Assembly: GCF_009914755.1 (NCBI RefSeq)
Contig: NC_060932.1
Strand: one strand, 5' to 3'
Source of the DNA: the human T2T-CHM13v2.0 reference genome, Homo sapiens
DNA length: 64,000 nucleotides
The translations under genes were made by a program, and so were the position numbers. How positions within the stretch are numbered: position 1 is the first letter of the stretch; every line of letters starts with the position of its first letter. Positions 19,700 to 34,481 of this stretch are shown in pieces. The notes below the pieces were generated by a model, which saw only the letters and a program-made list of their open reading frames with translations, was not told the DNA's origin and made no database searches.

Positions 19700-21081
19700 A
19701 ATTAAAAAGTTTATTGAGATGCAATTTACATACAATTCGCTTTTTCATGTTTATCATAACAATCATGTGTATGTGCAAGCAACACTATAGTCAACTTTAG
19801 AACATTTCTATCATCTCTAAAAGAAACTCCACAACCTTTAGCTATTACCCTCCTATTCCTCCCAGCCTCCTCCACTAGCCTGAAGCAACAACTAATTTAC
19901 TTTTTTTTTTTTTAGATTTTCTTGTATTGGACAATTAATATAATTCATATACGGTACGGGGGAAATTTTTGGCTCCCAAGTGAATGGGAATGAGGAAGAG
20001 AAAGAGAGTGGAAGAACATTTGTTTTACTGAGGGAAGTTGGGGAAAAGCCAATGAAATAGAGACAGCAAGAGAGAGAAAAGAAGGGAGGAAGGAAGGAGA
20101 ATTGCTTGAAGTGGATAACAGAACTGTGAGCAAAGAAAGAATAGGAAGTGTGAGTACAGCCTGGAGACAGACTGAGGAGACCATAGACATCTTCCATTTG
20201 TTTGTATCTTTTTAAATTCTTTCAGAAACGTTTTGTGGTTTGCAGTGTCTGAGTCTTTTGTCTTCTTGGTTAATTTCTTGGTGGTTTTATATATATGTAT
20301 ATATATATATATTTGTTGATGATTGTTTTCTTAATCTCTTGGTTAATTTCTTAGTGGTTTTATATATATATATATAGTTGTTAATGTTATTGTTTTCTTA
20401 ATCTCTTTTCTAGAGTATTCATTGTTGGTGTGTTGAAATACAATTTTTTCATGTTGATTTTGTATCTTGCAACTTTGCTAAATTCATGTATTAGTTCAAA
20501 CAGTTTGTGTATGTGTAATCTTTGGAATTTTCTGCACATGAGATCCTGTTGTCTGTGAACTGAGATAGTTTTGTTTCTTTCTTGTCCATTTGGATGCCTT
20601 TTGTTTATTTTCCTTGCCTAGTTCCTCTGGCTGGATCTTTCAATGCTATGTCAAGCTACTTCAAGCTTTTCAAATTTCACCATTGAGTATAATGGTGCTG
20701 TGGATTATTCATATATGGCCTTTATTATGTTCAGATTGTTTCCTTCTATTCCTGGTTTGTCATGGGTTTTTGTCATGAATTGATCTTGAATTTTGTCTAA
20801 TGCTTTTTCTGCATCAAATAATACGATTGTGGTTTTTCCATCATTCTACAAGTGTGATGTATTACACTGTTTGTTGTAATATGTTGTTTATTTCACATTG
20901 TTTGTGTTACACTAATTGTTGTAATCAACAAATGTTGACTCATATGTTGAATTCTCTTTGCCTTTCATGGATAGATCTCACTTGATTCTGGTGGATAAAC
21001 CTTTTGATGTGCTGGTGAGTGTAGTTTACTAGAATTTATTTGAGGATTTTTGCATCAATGTTCATAAGGGTTATCTGCCTG
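19700..21081 (-). mobile_element. L1MB/MC-like fragments with an internal deletion and a foreign segment at ~19950-20185
   Basis: L1M 3' terminus (TTTATTGAGATGCAATTTACATAC) at ~19710; degenerate ORF2 RT-region sequence 20190-21081. Confidence 0.75.
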
Positions 21082-21262
21082 CAAAAAAGTTAAAAAATAA
21101 AAATTATAATGGGAAACCCTGTACAACTTTTAGAATGCCTAATGTTAAAAAGACTGACAGCTCCAAGTGTTGGCAAGATTACGCAAGTAGAAATATTATA
21201 TATACCCTGTTACATTTCATTCAGTGCATTACCTCTGATTTTCCCGTTCACTTATAAGGGAA

Positions 21263-21811
21263 TATATTAGTCAAGGTTATTGAAAGGGACAAAACTAATA
21301 GGATAGATAAATATATGAAGGGGAGTTTATTAGGAAAATTGACTCACATGATCAAAAGGTAAAGTCCCACAATAGGCCATCTGCAAGCTGAGGAGCCAGG
21401 AAGCCAGTCTGAGTCCCAAAACCTCAAAAGTAGGGAAGCTGATAGTGCAACCTTCAGTCTGTGGCCAAAGGCCCAAGAGCCCCTGGCAAATCATTGGTGT
21501 AGGTCCAAGAGTCCAAGAGCTGAAGAACTTGGAGTCTGATGTTTGAGGGCAGGAAGCATCTAGCATGAGAGAAAGATGGAGGCCAGAAGACCTAGCCAGT
21601 CTAGTCCTTTCACGTTCCTCTGCCTGTTTTTATCCTAGCCGCGCTGGCAGCTGATTAGATGGTGCCCATCCAGATTGAGGGTGGGTCTGCCTCTCCCAGT
21701 TCACTGACTTAAATGTTAATCTCCTTTGGCAACACCCTCACAGACACACCCAGAAATAATACTTTGCATCCTTCAATCCAATCAAGTTGACACTCAATAT
21801 CAACCATCGTA
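21263..21811 (-). repeat. 3' LTR (MLT2A2-like)
   Basis: Direct repeat of 27948-28491; adjacent purine-rich PPT-like GTTGACAAGGGTTGGACT on the minus strand. Confidence 0.92.
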
Positions 21812-22082
21812 AGTCCAACCCTTGTCAACTTGAACCCATACAGATCTCCTGAAATCATACAAAATCTTCAAATAAAGACAATAATAGGTCATAATTATGC
21901 CTAATATAATACAACTATCCTTCATACAACTGGAAGCACACCAATCCCTAACCCAAATGCTATTACATAAGGTTAACATGTTTTCAACAAAAGGAGGAAA
22001 TACTCATGACAATTACACTTCTCATTTCCTGCAACTTGTCACATGGTTGTAGCTGATATTGATGATTACATTCTTCTAATAC

Positions 22083-25000
22083 CTATCCTGTATTCCCTTT
22101 GCCTTCAGCAAGCACCTCAGCAGGTTGTGGTTTTTTACCTGGTGGAGTGACCCAAACATTCATTCCTGAAGGGTCTGGGACATTTGCAGTCCTGTCTGGT
22201 TTGGGCTGTCGTAGTTTCCCATTGATCTTAATCACAGGGCATGGTAATCCCCTAATGGATCTCCTGTATTCCATGCGTACTCTTCCTTACCTCCATTGCT
22301 GAGTGGTAGACTGATTTCATCCTGATAGTCCAGGTCAATCACCCCAGCCAACACTGTAACTCCCTTCTTATCCTGTTGATTTAGAGGTAGGTGGAGCCCA
22401 AGGTGTCCAGGTAGCAATCTTAACTTTCAGTTTAATGAAACTGTTGTTGTGTCTCCTGGTGTCAGCATTCCTCCCCCTGGAACTAAGACCTCTAGGCCAG
22501 CAGAACATAATGTTGTGGGAACAGGAAGCAAAAATTTTGCTAGTGGTTCTCTAGGGGTGATGGTGAATGGTGCCACTTCCACTTCTACCCCTTGATTCCT
22601 GGACCTGTGAATCCTGACTATGAGAGGAACAGTTCCATATATTTGATGCTGATTCAGAGCATGCACAGCCTTCTGAAGAACTTTGCCCTACCCCTGCAAA
22701 GTATGGTCTCCTAGCTGGCATTGTAATTATGACTTCAAAAGGCCATTCCACCATTCTATCAATCCAGCTGCTTCAGGATGATGGGGAAGATGGTAAGACC
22801 AGTGAATTCCATGAGCATGAGCCCACTGCTGCACTTCTTTAGCTGTAAAGTGGGCACCTTAGTCAGAGGCAATACTATGCGGAATACCATGATGGTGGAT
22901 AAGGCATTCTATGAATCCATGGATGGTAAGTCTTGGCAGAAGCACTGTGTGCAGGATAAGCAAACCCATATCTGGAGTAGGTGTCTATTCCAGTGAGGAC
23001 AAACCTCTGCCTTTTCCATGATGGAAGAGGTCCAATATAATCAACCTGTAACCAAGTAGTTGGCTGATCACCCTGAGGAATGGTGCCATATCGAGGGCTC
23101 AGTGTTGGTCTCTGCTGCTGGAAAATTGGGCACTCGGCGGTGGCTGTAGCCAGGTCAGCCTTGATGAGCAAAAGTCCACGTTGCTGAGCCCATGCGTAAT
23201 CTCCATCCCTGCCACCATGGCCACTTTGTTCATGGGCCCATTGGGCAATGACAGGAATGGCTGGGGAAAGAGGCTGAGTGGTGTCCACAGAACGAGTCAT
23301 CCTATCCACTTGATTATCAAAATCCTCCTCTACTGATGTCACCCATTGGTGAGCACTCACATGGGATACGAATATCTTCACAGTTTTTTACCATTTACAG
23401 AGGTCCATCCTCATACCTCTTCCCCAAATTTCTTTGTCACCAATTTTCCAATCATGCTTCTTCCAAGTCCCTGACCATCCAGCCAAACCACTGGCTACAG
23501 CCCATGAATCAGTATATAATTGCATATCTGACCATTTCTTCTTCCAACCAAAGTGCAGAATGAGGTACACTGCTCAAAGTTCTGCCCACTGGGAAGATTT
23601 TCCCTCACCACTGTCCTTCAGAGATGTCCTAGAAAGGGGCTGTAGTGCTGCAGCTGTCCACTTTCTGGAGGTGTCTGCATATTGTGCAGAACCATCTGTG
23701 AACCAGGCCCTAGTCTTCTCTTCCTCTGTCAACTGATCATAGGGAACTCCCCATGAGGCCATCAGTGCAGGCTAGGGGAGAGAAGGCAGGGTGTCAGGAG
23801 TGGAGACCATGGGCATTTCAGCCACTTCCCCATGTAACTTACTTGTGCCTTCACGACCTGCTCAAGCCCAATCACATATATACCACTTCCATTTGACAAA
23901 GAAGTGCTTCTGTGCATGCCCCACTTTATGGCTAGATGGGTCAGAGAGCACCCAGTTTATGATAGGCAGTTCAGGTTGCATGGTGACTTGATGATCCATA
24001 GTCAACATTCAGTTTCTACCAAAACCCAGTAGCAGAACAAGAGCTGTCTCTCAAAATGAGAGTAGTTATCTGCAGAAGATGGTAGGGCTTTGCTCCAAAA
24101 TCCTAGAGGCCTCTGCTATGATTCACCTATAGGGGCCTGTAAAAGGCTCCAAACAGCATCCCTATCTGTCACTGACACCTCAAGCACCATTGGAACTGCT
24201 GGATCATATGGCTCAAGTGGCAGAGCAGCTTGCACAGCAGCCTGGACCTGTTGCAGAGCCTTCTCCTGTTCTGGACCCCACTCAAAACTGGCAGTCTTTT
24301 GGATCACTTGATAAATGCGCTGGAGTAACATAACCAAATGAGGAATGTGTTGCTTCAAAAATCCAAATAGGCCCGCTAGGTGTCGTGCCTCTTTCTTGCT
24401 TTTAGGAGGAACCAAATGCAGCAACTTATCCTTCAACTTAGAAGGAATATCTTGAGAGAACCCACACCACAATACCCCTAGAAGTTTTACTGAGGTAGAA
24501 GGTCCCTGAATTTTAGTTGGATTTATTTCCCATCCTCTGGTAAGCAAATGTCTCAGCAATAAGTCCAGTGTGTTTGCTACTTCTCACTCACTGGATCCAG
24601 TCAGCATAATGTCATCCATGTAATGGACCAATGTGATATTTTACGGAAGGAAAAAGTGCTCAAGATCTCTCTGAACAAGATTATGACACAAAGCCAGAGT
24701 GTTGATATACCCCTGAGGTAGGACAGTAAAAGTATATTGCTAGTCTTGCCAGCTGAAGGCAAATTGCTTCTGGTGGACCTTATGGACAGGAATGGAGAAA
24801 AAGGCATTTGCCAAATAAATGGCTGCATACCAGGTACCAGGAGATGTGTTAATTTGCTCAAGCAATGAAACCACATCTGGTACAGCAGCTGCAATTGGAG
24901 TCACCACTTTGTTAAGTTTACAATAATCCACTGTCATTCTCCAAGATCCATCTGCCTTCTGCACAGGCTGAATAGGAGAGTTGATGAAGGATGTGATGGG

Positions 25001-25537
25001 AATCACCACCCTTGCGTCTTTCAAGTCCTTGATGGTGGCAATAATCTCTGCAATCCCTGCAGGGATTCCTTATTGTTTTTGATTTACTATTTTTATAGAT
25101 AGAGGCAGCTCTAATGGCTTCCATTTGGCCTTTCCCTCCATAATAGCCCTCACCCTACCAGTCAGGGAGCCAATGGGGGGGTTCTGCCAGCTACTAAATA
25201 TGTCTATGCCAATTATGCATTCTGGTACTGGGGAAATGATGACAGGATGAGTCTGGGGACCCACTGGGCCCACTGAAAGTTGGACCTCAGCTAAAACTCC
25301 ATTAATTACCTGACCTTCATAAGCCCCTGCTTTAACTGGAGGACCACAATGACGTTTTGGGTCCCCTGGAATCAACCTCAGCTCAAAGCCAGTGTCCAGT
25401 AGTCCCCAAAACGTCTGATCATTTCCCTTTCCCCAATGCACAGTTACCTTGGTAAAAGGCCGGAAGTCTCCTTGAGGAAGGATGGAAGAAAGATTAACAG
25501 CATAAATTGTCAGTAGTGTAGTGGGGTCCTTCCTCAA
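22083..25537 (-). pseudogene. pol: HERVL pol (protease, RT, RNase H, integrase, dUTPase), disrupted
   Basis: LLDTG protease motif; WRMTVDY and YMDD (24611-24622) RT motifs; WFTDGS RNase H; HEQSGH..CPIF and WLQVDYIGPLP integrase; GVIDLDYQDEI dUTPase; many stops and frameshifts. Confidence 0.93.
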
Positions 25538-26474
25538 GGGGACCTGGTCTCCCCTTCATTCAAGGGGTTCTGGGTCTGTGAACTGGTTGAAGTCTGGAAA
25601 TTGATTGAGGGGCTATGATTCTCTGTTTTTATAATTCAAACTGTCTTTTCTCCAGTCGACCTGGAAGTTTTCTGCTTATATAAATTAAGTAAGAATGCAG
25701 TAGGCTTCCTATCAACTTCACTTCTAGAACACCGTGATTAATTAGCCAATGCCAGAGCTCTACATGAGTCAGACTATTTTAATTGCTGCTTTGCCTCTGC
25801 TGTCCATTATGGTAACTATGCCCACCTTGCCTTTGATGGTTGAGTGCCACCACTTGTCCCCTGCCACTTTGGGATCCAATTATTCCCACTGCATTTAAAT
25901 TTTGTAGTTGAGTGACTGTGGTTCCTGCTGTTAGATCTGGCATACAGAGAAGAGCAATCACAGAGCTCTTCAAGGAGGCAGGTGCTGCCCTCACAAATCT
26001 ATTTCACAAAGTGTTGGTAAAGGGTATGTCTTCTGGACCCTCCCAGCTGGGATGAGTAGGTCTAAAGTGACTAATCCACTCTAGCATCCCAATCTCCCTA
26101 AGCCTTTGGATTCTTTCCTCTACATTAAACCAAGGGAGATCAGGCATTTTCAGCTTGCTCACAGTGGGCCATCTTTTGATCCATATTTAGCTAAAGAAGC
26201 AAATGAACTATTACAGCCTCTTTATAACTCCCTGAGCTGCAACATTAAATGCAGAATCCCTGCTTGTTGGTCCCAAATTAATAAATTCAGCCTGATCCAA
26301 CATTATGTTCCTTCCACAATTATCCCATACCCTTAATATCCATTCCTATGCCTGTTCTCCAGATTTCTGCTTATATCAATTAGAAAACTCAGGCAATTCT
26401 TTTGGAGTGTAGCACACCTCCTCGTGGGTCACACTCTGAACCTCCCCTCTAGGGGCTTTCTGGGATTTTAGCTA

Positions 26475-26807
<333 letters not shown>

Positions 26808-27466
26808 TCACTGTTGCCGCAGGCAGTGCATGGTTAATCTCATCAGACAAAGGTGGAAAGGCTGATGGCAGTGTGAGTCAGGGAGGGGATGTTGCCACTA
26901 CTGGGGGTGGGGAGGCTGTTTCCTCTGGCAAAAAAGGCTCATCAGAGCTTACAAGCTCAGTGTCCCCAGCTGCACCAGGGTCCTCCCACACATCCCCATT
27001 TTAAGTTGCAGGGTCCCAATTTTTTTCCAGTCAATGCCCCCACTTTAACAGTAGACATCTGGTGAGGCTGTGCATGCACTTTTCATTGCAGGTCAGCCAC
27101 TCGCATGATGAGTTCATGATTTTCCACAATTTCAGCTCTTTCTCTACAGGAGATAAAATTCTCACCCAGGGCAATCTTAGAAGATTTGAGGCTCAGTATG
27201 GGCTTCTGGAGCTAGGAGTTAGAATCTCTGAGTTCATCCTTTTCTTTCATCACATTGTGCAGTGAATTTAGGAGCAACCAACCAACTTCATTATATTCCT
27301 TGGTCCTCTATGTATGGTCAAAGGTATTATGTATAGAGTCACCAAACTCCTTGCCTCTCACAAGCAGTGAAACAGGAGTATCGAATACATTTATTTTGCA
27401 TAACTCTCTAAATGGTTCACACCAATGACTATCAGTGTTCTCCATACTATTAGAAGTAAAGTCTCT

Positions 27467-27921
<455 letters not shown>

Positions 27922-27927
27922 CTAGAA

Positions 27928-27942
27928 CCACTCCTGGTACCA
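27928..27942 (-). other. Primer binding site, tRNA-Leu type
   Basis: TGGTACCAGGAGTGG on the minus strand a few bases inside the 5' LTR boundary, as expected for ERV-L. Confidence 0.85.
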
Positions 27943-27947
27943 AAATC

Positions 27948-28491
27948 GGTATCAGTCAGGGTCCTCTAAAGGGACAGATCTAATAGGATAGATGAATATA
28001 TGAAGGGGAGTTTATTAGGGAAATTGACCCACATGATCACAAGGTGAAGTCCCACAATAGGCCGTCTGCAAGCTGAGGAGCCAGGAAGCCAGTCTGAGTC
28101 CCAAAACTCAAAAGTAGAGAAGCCAACAGTGCAGCCTTTAGTCAGAGGCTGAAGTACTGAGAGCCCCTGGCAAATCACCGTTGTAAGTCCAAGAGTCCTA
28201 AAGCAGAACTTGGAATCTGATGTTCGAGGGCAGGAAGCATCTAGCACAGAAGAAAGATGGAGGCCAGAAGGCTTAGCCAGTCTAGTCCTTCCACGTTCCT
28301 CTGCCTGCTTTCATCCTAGCCTCACTGACAGCTGATAGATGGTGCCCACCCAGATTGAGGGTGGGTCTGCCTCTCCCACTCCACTGACTCAAATGTTAAT
28401 CTCCTTTGGCAACACCCTCACAGACACACTCAGGATCAATACTTTGCATCCTTCAATCCAATCAAGTTGCCACTCAGTATTAACCATTACA
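27948..28491 (-). repeat. 5' LTR (MLT2A2-like), putative promoter
   Basis: Starts TGTAATGGTTAATACTGAGTG on the minus strand; followed by the PBS; contains CAATCCAATCA at 28454-28464. Confidence 0.92.
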
Positions 28492-28924
28492 GGGAACTAC
28501 AAAGAGTGATTAATATATTTTAAAATTTGTTTCAACTATGGTGGGTTGAAACAAAAAAGGTTCTCCAGAGCACATAAAAACTATTGCAAGACACCCTCCT
28601 GGCTATATCCAGCCAACTGGTCAGCTTCAATAACACATCAACTCATTGCTATTATTTACTGTAAGTGTGGCTGAATCTAAGTTCAACTTTCTACATATAT
28701 ATTTTTTTTACTAGGCTAAGGAGTCAGCATTTCTGAGATCTATTCCTAGAATAAGATATATTTACATTCGTTATTCTAGATACTTAACCTTAAATATACT
28801 TTATCTGAGAGAAGGGAAACTGTTCTTGTCATAAGGATCTTTAATCTTAGAAAATGACAGAAAAATAACTGCATATAGTCATTTCTACTGGTTTTCTTCT
28901 TGTTTTTGGTGACATGGTATAGTT

Positions 28925-29080
28925 TAATGGTTCTTCACTCTGCAACCCATCAGAGTCGCCTGAGGCACTCTGTAAAGGTGAGGTCTTCTGGGAGTTTAGA
29001 TTTAGGAGGTGTGGAGTGAGACCGAAGCATCTCCATTTTGAAAGTGCCCCCAGGAAGTCCTGATATTCATCCCTGGTTTG
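28925..29080. mobile_element. MER5-like hAT MITE
   Basis: GGTTCTTCACTCTG..CATCAGAGTCGCCTGAGG..GCATCTCCATTTTGAAAGTGCCCCCAGG. Confidence 0.55.
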
Positions 29081-30462
29081 TGGAAGATCTCAGAGCTCTG
29101 TTTACAGATTTCAGGCTTCAAAAGCTTAAAATCAAGAAAAAATTAATAATGTAAATTAAATTTAAAAATACAGAGTAAATCTTGTCATCATGAATCTCTA
29201 ACTGAGTAACTTAGCTAAGATGCTTACTTAAGTCTCAGAGCCTGTGGAAGTGTTTTCTGTATTTCTGTTTCTCATCTGCTTTGTTTTATAAGGTTGTTAA
29301 AAAAAAAAGGTGGATAAAAGACAGAAAAGCACTTTCTTACACTCATGAAATCCCCTAATAATGTGCTTTGGTACACATTCTCTCTCCAATTCTCTTTACT
29401 GCCTGCCTCAAAGCTTTTCATCAGTCTCCCACAAAGTGGAGAATCATACTCAGCTTCAAATTTCTTAGAAAGTGTTCAGCAAATGAAGAATGCAGTCCAT
29501 TAGAAATTACAAGACAAGAAGAGGTTCTCCGAGTTGAGTTTTGGGGCTCTGTCTCTGGGTATACTCTATTCATATACTTTCATCCAGCATTGCACTCAAA
29601 TACCCTGTCCTCATACAACAGGGCTTTTCAATGCCAAGATTGTGCCTGAGGGTCAGTCCTAGTTTAAAGACCTACCTGGCTGGAGCAATACATGACTCAG
29701 CACAGAATTAAATGAAAGATTCAATAAATAACCATGTCACTGGAAGGGATGAAGTTCCTTCACCAAGTATCAATTTTAAGTATCCTCACATACTGTTGCA
29801 AAGATAACAGACATTCACTTTTGATGCTCTGCTATATAAAATAGATAGGGTTAGGCCTGGAGGGGACAGAGATGGAGCCTGAATCTCTATGGCTTTGACA
29901 GGCCAAGGCTGTGGATTCCATAGATGCCAGGAGGTGGACAGGATGAACCTCTGTGACTTCGTTAACAAAGTTAGTGTGAATTACACAAAACCAAGCACAT
30001 GCCAAAGGACTGGAATAGTATGAGGGAAAAAAATAAATGTCTTAGATATCTGTGCCCTCATCCAAGTGAGAAATAAATTATTGAGCAGAGTGCAGGACCA
30101 CACACTATGTGACATATTGCAACTTACAGTATCTATTTGCCTTTGATTCATGTTTAATCATTTCTGCATCACCTTCTGTGTCAACCTGGTATAGATCTTC
30201 AGCCTGTTTTCATATCCTGAACTGTTTTCTCCTATTATGAATACAATTTCCCTAACCTTGCCTTTTAACCCAATCCATCCTTTGCTTTTATTGTTCTGGT
30301 TTTCCATGACCTCCCCACAGTGCAAATTCTTGATTGAATGCCTCTGGAAGAAGCCAACATTGCAGACAAATTATCGGTAGGCTCAGGTAGTCCAAATGAG
30401 CTGTCAGAACCACTCAAGGTGGTGCCTCTGAATGGCCAACATGGAAACAGATATAGGGCTAC

Positions 30463-30492
30463 TAAACAAACAAACAAACAAACAAACAAACA
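30463..30492. repeat. (CAAA)n microsatellite
   Basis: About 7 tandem CAAA units. Confidence 0.95.
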
Positions 30493-30961
30493 GAAAACCT
30501 CTTTTAACTTTTAAAGTTATGTTAAACTGCTGTTTATTCTTAAACTTTTTAGCGCCCTGTTAGGTACTGACTGGGACATTTCCAAATCCAAGCAGAGCAT
30601 CACAGAATATGAGGAGAAAATATTTGCTCACTCTGGAAAATACATGCTGGCTCTAGGACAGATAATATCATTGAGGCCTAAAACATCATCCAACATATCT
30701 TAAATCCAGTGGAATGGGTGGGGGTTTTTCCTGGTTCACCTGTGTTTCTTGCTCCCTTTACAATCTTTTCTGGTGTTCTCTTCTAAATCTGATCTCAATT
30801 TTCCCACACATTCTCAACTTCCCAGAAGCCATTAGAAAGTAGAATTATTATACTGGAACGACAAGTATAAACCAATAGCAGCTTGGAATAATCAGGATGA
30901 TGTTCATTACAGCATGTCTGAATGTCTAAGGCCTCATAAATCCAGCAGACCTGACCCAAAC

Positions 30962-31742
30962 TGAAGCAGGATATTTCCCTGACCCCTTTGCTGGTGGGAA
31001 CTGGAGTGCACAGGCACTGTCAGGGGTGAACTCCACTCACTCCACTCACTCACTGGTCTACCCCTTGTGGGAGGGGGAGCGTAGGTGAGCAGGTGCAAGA
31101 GCTAGGGTGAGCATTTTTGGGTGCCGGCAAGAACAAACTCTGTAGTGGTCCCTCAGCAGCATCTAGGAGCATCTAGAAGAGGGTGCCTGTGACCCCTGAA
31201 GCCCCAGAGGAAGTGTAAAAGTGCCTGTTTAGTTTTGCTGTCTGTGGATGGCTTAAGTGTTAATAGCTCAGTGGAGGGTCAGTGTGACAGCCTCTTGCAC
31301 CCACACAGGTGACACCCAAGTTCTTGTCCGGCATCCAGGAGGAATGAAGGTGGTAAAAGCGGAGGATTTTATTGCCAATGAAAGTGACTCTCAGTGAAAA
31401 GGTGGGGGCTGAAAAAGGGATGGAGTGGGAAAGCAATCTTCTCCTGAAGTCCGGCTGGGAACTGTCCCTCTGATGTCAAGCCGCTTCTCTCTGACATCCA
31501 ACCACAGTCTCCAATGTCCAGCTGCTTCTCCTCTATCAGCTGAGCCTGGGGTTTTTATGGGCACAGGATGCGGGGAAGGGCAGGCCATGGGTGGTTTTGG
31601 AAAAGGCAACATTCGAGCAAGAAAACAGGGATGTAAGTCTTCACTTTGGGCCACAGTGTCAGGCTTTTCAGTTTGAGGGTGGGGACCATGTCGGGGACCC
31701 ACACTCTTCTGCCCAGAATTTCTCTGCCTCCTGTCCCTATCA
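30962..31742 (-). mobile_element. ERV1 solo LTR, MER50-like
   Basis: TG..CA termini; minus start TGATAGGGACAGGAGGCAGAGAAATTCTGGGCAGAAG; AATAAA on the minus strand at ~31368-31373; 4-bp flanks AAAC/AAAT. Confidence 0.8.
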
Positions 31743-32304
31743 AAATCACAGAGCTGGCATCACAAAAACATGGTCCCCGATGCCCCCAAAATGTTTTCAG
31801 GGTCTGCCTTGACCAGAGCTCATCTTGTGTTTGTTTTCAAATTTATTTCTGACACCAGTTCCGGCTCTCAGACGGTTTTTCCATGTATAGATTTGCCTTG
31901 GTCTTTGTCCTTATGCTTTAGGCAGCTTCCATGTATGTTAGCCCTGGCTGCCATCTTTGACATTGGTCAGCACTGCTTTGTAAATTACCTATTGCCTCAG
32001 GATAAATTTTCTAGTCCAGCTGGCTTAGTTCCACCCCACTGTTCCTTACATTTCCGAAAACATTCCATGATATCCACGTTTTCTTCCTCATCCATCCATA
32101 ACCATAACATATAAAAATCATAAAGAGAATAACCTACCTCTGGATGAGAAGGATTTTCATAAACATATTTCATTTGATACTCATAGCAAACTTGTGAAAA
32201 ACATTCATTTTACAGAGGAGAAGCAGAGGCTCTAGGAAAAATAATGTTAATAACTTTGTCCTCCAGTGTGATCCAAATGTTCCCAATAGGGTGCCACAAA
32301 TTTA

Positions 32305-32622
<318 letters not shown>

Positions 32623-33974
32623 TCCAATTGGGATTATGTATAAAGCTGACCATGTTAAATCCTCAGTCAGTTGAATGGATTTGCATTCCTGTGCTTGTCT
32701 TTATAGGTCTTACTTTTCAGTAGTTATTAGAAAAGGGCTGCTTCTTGTAGACTAAACCTTCCTATGTGGATCCCTCAAATTTCAAATTGGGTTTTACCCA
32801 AAGCTCCACTCTGGGACCAGAGGGTATGAAGCATCCCATCTCACCTGCCTGCTGCCATGCCAACTTGGGACTTCCTACCTGTGGGTCACTGAGCTTATTC
32901 TCACCTTTGTTACCCTGAGTTCTACTCACTGTGACACTTCCATCCTTGGGATCCTTAAGACAACACCACTTATATCTGATTCTACATCTGTCTGACACTA
33001 TATGTTTTGATCCCAGCAATTACTATCAAGAACCAGGCCACTCTGGCCTTGGAGACACCCTGGCTTTGACATCAGCTTGGTCTTTTAGCTAATGATACTG
33101 GCATCTTGCTGCCCCCTTTCCCCATAAGCTGACTTTGCTCTTTTGAGTCTTTATTCCAACTCACATTTCTCCATAATCATCCCTCAAATAGAGGCACTAT
33201 CCTTTGGGGTAGAACTCAGATACACAACTGCTTTTAATCAGAGTTCCTAGTTTGCTTAAATCCCCTGGTTCTGCTTTCCTCATTCCAACTCATTTCACTT
33301 GAGGTCGGGTTCTGATGTTGTATCTTTGTCAATAACCCTAAGCATTCCCTTGGTAAGCAAAACATGTCATACTCAGCTGGATTCAGCCAGAAAGACTATG
33401 GGATCCCAAGAGTTTGTTCTAGCATGAAAGGGGAAGAAGCCAGAAACATGTAGAATTAGGGTTGGGGAAACTGACCTTGCTGTTGAGCAGATGCTCTGGG
33501 GAAGGTTGCCTGAGAACCAGAGAACATATTGGTGATCTTGCTCCTGATATGAGCCTGTGGCTGTGTCAACATCCAAAGGTTTCAACTGCAAACCAGGAGT
33601 TTTCAGGCCCCAGTGATACATTAGATCAAGTAACACTATAGCTACAATAGTCAACATCTTCAATTCAGAACCCCAGTTAGAATCTGGATACTCAGAGGGA
33701 CAGGTCATGTGAATTGGCCAACATGATTGGGGGTGGTCAAAGGAAGATTGTGAGCAGAGAGGATACCAGGCCTTTGGCAACAGAACTAATACAAATCTAT
33801 ACCATGTGGTGAATGGAAACTCCTGCTACACTTGCTCCCCAATCAGAGCTGGAGTGGAACCAGCCAGGATAGATGAAGTGTCTCAGGGATTGCTGAGAAG
33901 AAATGAAATTTAAAATGCTACTTTTCTTTTTTTTTTTTTTTGGCTTTTTATATAAAGAATTTTTATTTTCTTTT

Positions 33975-34481
<507 letters not shown>

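Noticed and set aside
31391-32114. Cluster of overlapping ORFs in a GC-richer island
   Set aside because: Lies mostly within the MER50-like solo LTR; GC content explains the ORFs
32630-33830. Possible ancient LTR-derived region and 135-aa ORF at 33373-33780
   Set aside because: Could not assign a family, termini or protein similarity with any confidence
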